DNA of 24,256 bases. Origin: an uncultured Deferribacteres bacterium. Its GTDB lineage: Bacteria; Zhuqueibacterota; Zhuqueibacteria; Zhuqueibacterales; Geothermadaptataceae. Under the pieces are notes generated by a model that was not told where the DNA came from, ran no database searches, and was given only the letters and a program-made list of their open reading frames with translations. This document shows, one piece after another, positions 1 to 7,281 of the stretch (its first letter is position 1; each line of letters starts with the position of its first letter). Location: the NCBI GenBank assembly GCA_964014485.1, contig CAXHAT010000122.1:1-24256 (forward strand), written 5' to 3'. A program made the position numbers and the translations under genes.

Positions 1-1
1 G

Positions 2-862
2 CTTAGCGGCGAGTATAAAGTTGCCGGAATAAATATTCAGGCCAACAACAACACCAAACGATACAACCTGGCGGCAACCTGGATCGGTGGAGGCGCTCGC
101 TTTGATGATCCGAATACGCAAACACTTGTCGTTAATGATGATCAACCGTCCATCGCCGCCAATCTCACGATGGAAAACGCAAGCGGCGGGATTGTCGGGA
201 CTATCTACAACGCTGCGTCCAACCAGCCTTTTACTGAAGGCTTTTATATGCTTTTCGCATACGACGAGTTTGGATATTTGGTCAAAATATCAATATACGG
301 TCAATCAAATGATCCAAGGAATGGAAGTTACTACCTGGCCGGGGTGCGGCCGGGGAATTATTATGTGCTCGCCATCCTTTTCGCAGGCGAAACGTTATAT
401 AGCCTTGCTTCTCAATGGCTGGGCGGGATTCATAGCGATACGAATATCTGGTCTTGGAGACCATATGTTGAAATTCCTTCGGGAGCGCAGGCCGTAGGCG
501 TAGACAAGAGTTTGGTGAGCAACAATGACTTCTTTTTTGATTTGACCACCGGCTTGCCGTCCGATGCAAGTAACCGTCCCGCATCGGATTTTCAGCTGTT
601 TCAAAACTACCCCAATCCATTCAATCCTTCGACGACAATTTCATATAACCTGCCGGTCACTTCGGAAGCAAGGCTCATCATCTACGATTTGCTAGGCCGG
701 GAAATCAGGACGCTGGTGAACGAAGTTCTGCGCCCCGGAAGACACTCAGTGGAATGGGACGGAACAGACAATGTCGGTGCTGCCGCAATTAGCGGCGTTT
801 ATTTTTACCAACTGAAATCAGGGAAATTTGTTGAAACCAAAAAGCTTGTTTTGATCAAGTAG
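2..862 (+). CDS. Secreted protein with T9SS/Por-type C-terminal sorting domain, 5' partial
   Basis: The frame of ORF 170..862 is open back to base 2 (LSGEYKVAGINIQ...), so the real start lies left of the window. The C-terminus FQLFQNYPNPFNPSTTISYNLP...WDG...SGVYFYQL...KKLVLIK is the typical CTD/FlgD-Ig tail. The 'GSYYLAGVRPGNYYV' segment resembles a carboxypeptidase-regulatory-like beta-sandwich. Confidence 0.88.
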   Translation, partial: LSGEYKVAGINIQANNNTKRYNLAATWIGGGARFDDPNTQTLVVNDDQPSIAANLTMENASGGIVGTIYNAASNQPFTEGFYMLFAYDEFGYLVKISIYGQSNDPRNGSYYLAGVRPGNYYVLAILFAGETLYSLASQWLGGIHSDTNIWSWRPYVEIPSGAQAVGVDKSLVSNNDFFFDLTTGLPSDASNRPASDFQLFQNYPNPFNPSTTISYNLPVTSEARLIIYDLLGREIRTLVNEVLRPGRHSVEWDGTDNVGAAAISGVYFYQLKSGKFVETKKLVLIK

Positions 863-933
863 GTTCATTGAGACATGGTTCCCGGTTTAGCCAAGCCGTC
901 TCCTATTACTTAATCGCTTGACGGAGGAAAGTC

Positions 934-3873
934 ATGAAAAAATTCCGTTTCCTTTGGATTGCATTTACTCTCTGCATCAGCGGTGTGACGCAAGCGCAAC
1001 TGTCTCATGAATTTACCTTGAAAGCCCGCAACACACAGTTTGGGTTTCCCCTCGGCGTGGAAGTCGGCGCGGACGGGACTGTTTTCGTAGCTAACGCGGG
1101 CAGCGGTCTGCGCGCCTATTCATACGACGGCGCATCCTTCACTCAGACGGCGCAGATTAACAACGACGGTTGGGCCATACACTTGGCCCTCGCTGCTGAC
1201 GGCACGCTATTTTTAGCGAATGGTGATGACGGCCTGAGGGCTTACACCTACGACGGTTCATCATTTGTGAACACGGCGCACGTCAACGAAGGGGTTCAGG
1301 CTTTTGACGTGGCCGTGGCGGACGACGGAACAATCTTTCTGGCCTTTGGCGGAAGCGGTTTGTACGCGTATACTTATGACGGCTCATCGTTCACCAATAC
1401 GGCTCGCGTTCATGACGGCGATTATGCATTAGGCGTAGCCGTCGCCGCTGACGGAACGATTTTTACAGCGAATGAAGAAGACGGTCTACGAGCTTACACT
1501 TACGACGGGTCGTCATTTACCAACACCGCCCACATGTCGGAAGGCGTCAGTGTCAACAGCGTCTCGGTCGCATCGGACGGAACGATATTTCTTGCCTGTG
1601 AAGACGACGGTTTACGAGCGTACGTCTATGACGGCGGTTCCTTCACCAATACGGCTCAGGTTGCCGACGGCGGCTTCGCAATAAGGGTTGCAATAGGGGA
1701 CGATGGCGCGATTTATCTGGCCAACGGCCGTGACGGCTTGCGAGTTTACGACTACGACGGCGCATCCTTTACCCAAACGGCGCATATTGAAAATAGTGGA
1801 CGCGACGATGTTGCAAGAGACGCTGCAATTGGCCCGGACGGCTCCATTTTTGTCGCCCTTGGATTTGGCGGCTTGCGGGCCTACAGCAACGAAGGGTCTT
1901 CACTTGTAAATACGGCGCACATTGATGACGGCAGCGACGGCGCTTCCGCCACTGGAGTCGCTGCGTCTGAAGACGGAACGATTTTCCTGGCGAACGGCAC
2001 GGGCGGTCTGCGGGCTTACATAATGACGAGTTCGTCTTTCATCAATACGGCGCATATTCGTAACGGCGGCGAGTCCGGTTATGCCCACAGCACGGCTGTC
2101 ACCGCGGACGGTACGATCATGCTAGCCAACGGCCCGGACGGCCTCCGGGCGTATGCCTATAACGGCGCAGCTTTCATGAACGTCGCCCACATCGATGACG
2201 GCGGCTACACGAACGCCGCTTATGACGTTGCCGTTGGCGCAGACGGAACGATTTTTCTGGCAAACGGCTCCAACGGTTTGCGGGCGTACACGTTTGTTGG
2301 CGGATCGTTCACCAACACCGCGCATACGCAAGAGACAGGCCTTGCCAGAGGCGTTGCCGTCGGCCCGGACGGCGCGGTTTTTCTGGCTAACGGAACCGGA
2401 GGTCTGTTGGCTTATTCTTACGATGGTTCATCTTTCACCAAAGCCGCGGAAATTTATGACGGCGGTTACGCCGCGGAAGTGACGGTGGATGCAAACGGAA
2501 ATATTTTTATCGCTAACAGCAGCGACGGTTTGCGCGCCTATACTTTTGACGGATCGTCTTTCACCAACACCGCTCACATTAGGGATGGCGCAATCGCGGA
2601 AGGCGTTGCGGTTGGGGCGGACGGAACCGTTTTTCTAGCCAATACTTTCGACGGTTTGCGGGTTTACGAATACGACGGATCATCATTTGTCAACGCCGCT
2701 CATGCCTTTAATTTCGGCCACGCTTATGACGTGGCGATTGCAGGAGACGGGACCGTCTTGCTGGCGAACGGACATGACGGGCTGCGCGCTTATACATATG
2801 GCGGCCATTTTTTCAACCACACAGCGCATGTCGACGACGTGGGGTACGCACTGGATGCGGCTGTTTCCGCAAACGGAACCGTCTACTTGGCCAATTTTTA
2901 TGACGGTTTGCGAGCCTACGCCTATGACGGCGAATCTTTGACCGCACAAGCGCATATTGACGACGGGGGACTGGCTAACGGACTGGCAATAGCGGCAGAC
3001 GGAACAATTTTTCTTGCCAACAGTTTTGACGGACTGTTCGCCTACACTTTTAACGGCCGTTCGTTCACCAATACCGCCCATATCGACAAGGGCGGATCGG
3101 CAGAACACATGGCTATTGCGGCAGACGGGACCATCATGTTGGCCAATGGTTCCGGCGGCTTATACGCTTTCACCTATGACGGATCGTATTTCTCCCAAGT
3201 CGCGGCAATTAACGATGTCGGCAACGCCGAAGACGTTGCTGTTTCTGCAGGGGGAGTGATCTTTTTGGCCAACGGACTTGGCGGCTTGCGAGCTTATACT
3301 TTTGACGGCGCATTATTCACCAGGGCCGCACACATTAATAACGGCGGCTCTGCAAACGGCGTTTGCGTCGCCGATGACGGCGCGATCTTTTTGGCCAACG
3401 GGGAAGACGGGCTGCGGGCCTATACTTTCGACGGGTCGTCATTTACCAAAAGAGCTTATTTTGAAATGGACGGCGCCGGAAGCATAACGGTCGCATCAGA
3501 CGGTTCCGTCTTTCTCGCCGCTGGTTTTAACGGCTTGCAAGCTTACGCCTATGGCGAAGCCGTGGGAACTTACGCGGGTCTACAGCCTGTCGCGAAGCAA
3601 TTCTCGCTCTCGCAAAACTATCCCAATCCCTTTAACCCGACAACGAGCATCCGGTATTATTTGCCGATGACGAGCATGGTAAAACTTACTGTGTTCAATC
3701 AGCGCGGGCAGCAGGTTCGCACACTCGCAACTGAACTTCAATCAGCCGGAAACCACGTTGTCAGTTGGGATGGAAAAGACGCGAAAGGGATGCAAGCGGC
3801 AAGCGGCGTCTACATGTATCGGCTGATTGCCGGTGATTTCACACAGGTGCGCAAAATGATTCTTCTGCGCTGA
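934..3873 (+). CDS. Secreted LVIVD-like repeat beta-propeller protein with T9SS-type CTD (979 aa)
   Basis: GGAGGA RBS upstream. Signal peptide MKKFRFLWIAFTLCISGVTQA|Q. Twenty ~42-aa repeats with consensus AxxVAVxxDGTIFLANGxDGLRAYTYDGSSFTNTAHI. CTD FSLSQNYPNPFNP...RKMILLR. Confidence 0.9.
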   Translation: MKKFRFLWIAFTLCISGVTQAQLSHEFTLKARNTQFGFPLGVEVGADGTVFVANAGSGLRAYSYDGASFTQTAQINNDGWAIHLALAADGTLFLANGDDGLRAYTYDGSSFVNTAHVNEGVQAFDVAVADDGTIFLAFGGSGLYAYTYDGSSFTNTARVHDGDYALGVAVAADGTIFTANEEDGLRAYTYDGSSFTNTAHMSEGVSVNSVSVASDGTIFLACEDDGLRAYVYDGGSFTNTAQVADGGFAIRVAIGDDGAIYLANGRDGLRVYDYDGASFTQTAHIENSGRDDVARDAAIGPDGSIFVALGFGGLRAYSNEGSSLVNTAHIDDGSDGASATGVAASEDGTIFLANGTGGLRAYIMTSSSFINTAHIRNGGESGYAHSTAVTADGTIMLANGPDGLRAYAYNGAAFMNVAHIDDGGYTNAAYDVAVGADGTIFLANGSNGLRAYTFVGGSFTNTAHTQETGLARGVAVGPDGAVFLANGTGGLLAYSYDGSSFTKAAEIYDGGYAAEVTVDANGNIFIANSSDGLRAYTFDGSSFTNTAHIRDGAIAEGVAVGADGTVFLANTFDGLRVYEYDGSSFVNAAHAFNFGHAYDVAIAGDGTVLLANGHDGLRAYTYGGHFFNHTAHVDDVGYALDAAVSANGTVYLANFYDGLRAYAYDGESLTAQAHIDDGGLANGLAIAADGTIFLANSFDGLFAYTFNGRSFTNTAHIDKGGSAEHMAIAADGTIMLANGSGGLYAFTYDGSYFSQVAAINDVGNAEDVAVSAGGVIFLANGLGGLRAYTFDGALFTRAAHINNGGSANGVCVADDGAIFLANGEDGLRAYTFDGSSFTKRAYFEMDGAGSITVASDGSVFLAAGFNGLQAYAYGEAVGTYAGLQPVAKQFSLSQNYPNPFNPTTSIRYYLPMTSMVKLTVFNQRGQQVRTLATELQSAGNHVVSWDGKDAKGMQAASGVYMYRLIAGDFTQVRKMILLR
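1048..3556 (+). repeat. 20 intragenic tandem repeats of ~126 nt (42-45 codons)
   Basis: Counted by eye in the translation. GACGG.AC.AT.TTT.T.GC.AA.GG and TTCACCAA.AC.GC.CA recur at DNA level. Confidence 0.9.
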
Positions 3874-4005
3874 AACAATCTGGATGACGCTCCCTGAGCC
3901 GCCTTGCGAAGTTCGGGGACGCCGACGAGTCTTTGACTTGAAGGCTTTTAACCCAAAAGACGTCCGGCGCAATGTCGGGCGATAAAACGAAAAGGAGAGT
4001 GAATC

Positions 4006-5010
4006 ATGAAAACACTCATTTACGGTGCAGGGCCGATTGGCCGTTACTACGCCGCTCAACTTTATCTGGCGGGCAAAAATGTCACAATTCTCGCCAGAGG
4101 AAAGGCCTACAGTTTCTTGAAAGAAAACGGAGTCGTCTTGATCGACGGATATTCCGGCGAGAAAAAATGTGTTCATGTGAAGACGGTGAACAAGCTGGAT
4201 TTGCATGACGACTATGATCTTGTGCTCGTGGTCATGAACAAAAAGGGTCGGAGAGAGGTCGCCCCGGCGCTGGCCCAAAATGAAAACATCAAACACATTA
4301 TTTTTGTCGGCAATGACGTCTCGGGCTTTGAAAAGTACTCCAAAATTTTGCCGCCTGAAAAAGTGCTTCTTGGCTTCCCGGGCCTCGGCGGCGGGATTGT
4401 CAATAATGAATTGATATACGTGGATCGGGAAAAACCGAACGCCAAAAGAAATCCTTTCTATCTTGGCGAACTGGACGGCAAAATTGGAGAACGCACGAAG
4501 CGCATTAAGAAACTGTTTGAGCGGGCGGAAATTCCCGTCAAACTGGTCAACGACATGGACGGCTGGCTAAAATATCACGTTGCGTTTATCGCTCCCGTGG
4601 CCGGCGTTTACTTCATGTGCAACCAGGATTTCAATGCGATACAGAAGGACAAGGCCGCTCTCGAAACCTATGTTCGCGCAACGAAGGAAGCCGGAAAAGT
4701 GCTCAAAAAAGCCGGCTACCCCAAAAGGCAGCCTTTTATTTTCAATCTGTATTATTGGAACCCGCTATGGTTGAGCGTCAGGATATTCCGAGACAAGTTC
4801 TTTGGCTCCAGATTCGTGAAAATCGGCGTCGGGCTGCACGCAAACGCCATGGGTGATGAACTCATGGAATTGGTGAACGAATTCCGTGAGCTGCAAGCAA
4901 AAACAACTGTGAAAACGCCGAATTTGGACAAATTGATCAGCCATATTCCAGGCGCAAAACCGTCGGAGACGCCGGCCCGAAAACCTGAGAAACTGAAGGA
5001 TGTAAAATGA
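4006..5010 (+). CDS. Ketopantoate reductase (PanE/ApbA) family oxidoreductase, divergent
   Basis: AAGGAG RBS. N-terminal Rossmann motif LIYGAGPIG, then VTILARG, YDLVLVV and LGELDG. WLKYH sits where the catalytic Lys helix of the family is expected. True substrate uncertain. Confidence 0.8.
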   Translation: MKTLIYGAGPIGRYYAAQLYLAGKNVTILARGKAYSFLKENGVVLIDGYSGEKKCVHVKTVNKLDLHDDYDLVLVVMNKKGRREVAPALAQNENIKHIIFVGNDVSGFEKYSKILPPEKVLLGFPGLGGGIVNNELIYVDREKPNAKRNPFYLGELDGKIGERTKRIKKLFERAEIPVKLVNDMDGWLKYHVAFIAPVAGVYFMCNQDFNAIQKDKAALETYVRATKEAGKVLKKAGYPKRQPFIFNLYYWNPLWLSVRIFRDKFFGSRFVKIGVGLHANAMGDELMELVNEFRELQAKTTVKTPNLDKLISHIPGAKPSETPARKPEKLKDVK

Positions 5011-5034
5011 CCGGCTGCTGAGTCATTCTTAACT

Positions 5035-5154
5035 GGGGCTGTCCAAAAACATGGTCTCTGAATGCAAGGCATACAGCGTGTTGTAGGGGTTCAAAATTTT
5101 GAACCCCTACACGCGGTGCAGCGCATCAAAAATATTATGTTATGCGACAACCCC
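5035..5154. mobile_element. MITE-like element A: GGCTGTC-type ends enclosing a GTAG-family REP palindrome
   Basis: Perfect 30-bp palindrome TGTAGGGGTTCAAAATTTTGAACCCCTACA at 5082..5111. The outer ends GGGGCTGTCCAAAAAC and GTTATGCGACAACCCC form an imperfect inverted repeat (12/16). Confidence 0.7.
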
Positions 5155-5219
5155 CGTTTTGCCAAGCGAACAGTGAAGCGTTTGAGCCAAAAGTCACCAT
5201 TTTTTCAAGCGTGGTTCTT

Positions 5220-5645
5220 ATGAAAACAAACAACAAAATCCAGCTTCTTGTGGTCATCTTGCTCCTCGCTCTTTCCCTGAACGCCCTCGCCGGCGGCTTG
5301 TTTTTGATCGTCGATCCGAGCGGAACAGCGCTTCAAATCCCCGTTGAATTGTTGGAAGGTACGCCTTTTAGCAGCTACCTGATTCCCGGAATTATTTTAT
5401 TCCTAACAAATGGGATTTCGAGTCTGGTGATCGCGATTATGACCATAAAAAAGGTTAAGCATTACCCCTTGTTGATCATTTTGCAAGGCTGCGTTTTGCT
5501 TGCCTGGTTGAGCTCGGAGCTGATTTTGAATCGAGAATTCTTTCATCCCGTTTTGCACTATCCGCTTTTTGTCGTTGGCGTTTTGTTAATCATTGCGGGC
5601 TTTTTCGTTGAAAGAAAAGGCCTGGAAATTTTCGCCAGGATGTGA
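5220..5645 (+). CDS. Small ~4-TM membrane protein, paralog 1 (141 aa)
   Basis: Hydrophobic helices and motif DPSG..L.IP.ELLE.TPF..YLIPG. Start placed at ATG 5220 by ungapped alignment with the paralog at 10229. Confidence 0.82.
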   Translation: MKTNNKIQLLVVILLLALSLNALAGGLFLIVDPSGTALQIPVELLEGTPFSSYLIPGIILFLTNGISSLVIAIMTIKKVKHYPLLIILQGCVLLAWLSSELILNREFFHPVLHYPLFVVGVLLIIAGFFVERKGLEIFARM

Positions 5646-5691
5646 CTGATGTGAGATTTCAGCGCTCCTGCAAACAGTTTTTTCGGAGTGT

Positions 5692-5785
5692 GGCTGTCCA
5701 AAAGAAACGGTTTCTGAGTGAAAGACATACCACATGTAGGGGTTCAAAATCTTGAACCACTACGACAAGTTGTTTTGAGACAGTC
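5692..5785. mobile_element. MITE-like element B, second copy of the element A family
   Basis: GGCTGTCCAAAA...TCTGA.TG.AAG.CATAC...TGTAGGGGTTCAAAATCTTGAACCACTAC (palindrome at 5735..5763, two substitutions versus copy A). Right end TTTTGAGACAGTC. Confidence 0.7.
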
Positions 5786-5893
5786 TCTTTGCTTCAGCGT
5801 CGTTTTCCAAAATAAGGGCTGAAACGTTTGGCTCTGAAATGACTGTTCGATTAAGACCGCAAGGCCGGTTGGGAAACTGCAAAGGACAACGCG

Positions 5894-7084
5894 ATGATCC
5901 GGAATGAACAAAGTTCGGCGAATGAAGAACGAATTCATTGGCTGGACAACCTCAGATCCTTCAGCATTTTTTTGGTGGTTCTCTACCACGTCGGGGGCGT
6001 GTATGAAGCCGCCGGGCTCTGGGGCTGGTTCTGGATCGTCGATGATCCCGCCACCATAACCTGGGTCGGGATTGTGGGCATCATGTTCGATGTTATCGTC
6101 ATGCCCGCGATTTTCTTTGTCTCCGGCTATCTCGTTCCCGCTTCCTTGCAAAACAAGACCGGGCGGGCGTTTCTCGTCGGGAAAATCAGGCGCTTGATGG
6201 TTCCGTGGATCATCGCCGTTTTCACGCTCATTCCACTTTACAAAGTCATTTTTCTCTACTCGCGCAATCTGCCGCAGGAACACTGGAGCATGTATTTCCA
6301 CTTCACCAACCCGAACAGTCAGAACTGGTTGTGGTTCCTGCCGGTGCTGTTCGCTTTCAATATGCTCTACCTGATTCTTTCGAAAACAAAAATCAAGACT
6401 CCCGATGTTTCGCTGAAAGGCGTTGTTTTGGGCGTCGTTGTCATTGGCTTTGTTTATAGCTGCAGCATCGGCGGGGCGCTCGGTTTTCGCAGTTGGACGC
6501 TCACGCCGTTGATCGATTTTGAAAACGAAAGAGCGCTGATCTATTTCATGACTTTCCTGCTCGGCGCGTTGTGTTTTCATCGAAAAGTCTTTGCTGGAAA
6601 ACCGAAGGGCAGAAAGCTCTACATCGCCGCGAACGTCACGGCCTGGATTCCGATCACGGTGCATATTTTTGCGCGAATCTATCCATTTATTTTCCCGGAA
6701 GGCTTTTCGGTGACGCCGCTTTACCGGCTGATTTGGTGGATCAGTTTTGACTTGTCTCTGCTTTGCCTGCTTTACTTGATGATCGAATCTTTCCGGCGCT
6801 ATGCAAACAAGAGCGGAAGAATTTGGATTGAACTCAACAGGAATTCATACGGCGTTTACATCATCCACGTGATCATGATCGGCTTTTTCGGGACGATGCT
6901 GCTGAACCTGGATTGGCCGGCTCTGGCAAAATATCCGACGCTGATCATCTTGACCTATTTGAGCAGCAACGTCGTTGTGTCGGGTTATCGTTCTCTGATA
7001 ATTTTTCTGAAATCACGCGCGATCAAAGCCCGTGAGCAACTCTTGATTCTCATTATCTCCGTTCTTCAGAGCGGAGATTTTTGA
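5894..7084 (+). CDS. Acyltransferase family 3 (OpgC/MdoC-like) integral membrane protein
   Basis: Motifs ERIHWLDNLR..IFLVVLYH, MPAIFFVSGY, KIRRLMVPW, LWFLPVLF and SYGVYIIH. About 10 hydrophobic segments. Confidence 0.9.
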   Translation: MIRNEQSSANEERIHWLDNLRSFSIFLVVLYHVGGVYEAAGLWGWFWIVDDPATITWVGIVGIMFDVIVMPAIFFVSGYLVPASLQNKTGRAFLVGKIRRLMVPWIIAVFTLIPLYKVIFLYSRNLPQEHWSMYFHFTNPNSQNWLWFLPVLFAFNMLYLILSKTKIKTPDVSLKGVVLGVVVIGFVYSCSIGGALGFRSWTLTPLIDFENERALIYFMTFLLGALCFHRKVFAGKPKGRKLYIAANVTAWIPITVHIFARIYPFIFPEGFSVTPLYRLIWWISFDLSLLCLLYLMIESFRRYANKSGRIWIELNRNSYGVYIIHVIMIGFFGTMLLNLDWPALAKYPTLIILTYLSSNVVVSGYRSLIIFLKSRAIKAREQLLILIISVLQSGDF

Positions 7085-7178
7085 AGACCGCCCCATCTCT
7101 TCCGCCGCGCCAGCGCGGCGGAAGAGATGAAAGTGAGCGCCTCGCGCGTCACCGGGCTCAAGCCCGGCGCTAATGAAA
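7048..7178. repeat. Triple-hairpin REP/REPIN-like element, TCTCATTA family copy 1
   Basis: Left arm TCTCATTATCTCCGTTCTTCAGAGCGGAG. Perfect 17-bp stem at 7094..7129. Right arm CCGGGCTCAAGCCCGGCGCTAATGAAA at 7152..7178. Confidence 0.85.
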
Positions 7179-7281
7179 CCATGTTCACGTTTGAATAACA
7201 GGCGATGCGTTGGCATAGGTAACATCATGTTTTAATTTGTTTTGCCAAGTGGAATATAAACTGAAAGATGGAAGCATAACT

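Noticed and set aside
1048..3556. Diversity-generating retroelement template/variable repeats
   Set aside because: All repeats are in-frame coding units, the differences are not visibly adenine-specific, and there is no reverse transcriptase in the window.
4006..5010. Assigning panE (and likewise tolB, acrB or lys9 to other genes)
   Set aside because: Only family-level motifs are visible and the pathway context is absent, so orthology is not supportable.
5082..5763. CRISPR repeats (30-bp palindrome present twice)
   Set aside because: There are only two copies, about 650 bp apart with a gene between them. No spacer periodicity and no cas genes.
5174..5832. LacI-like operator motif (TGAAGCGTTT at ~5174, TGAAACGTTT at ~5820)
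   Set aside because: These are short, imperfect half-palindromes with no regulator nearby and could arise by chance.
7179..7281. Cobalamin or TPP riboswitch ahead of the TonB receptor
   Set aside because: The space is too short and lacks B12-box or TPP core motifs. The nearby structure is explained by the repeat family.
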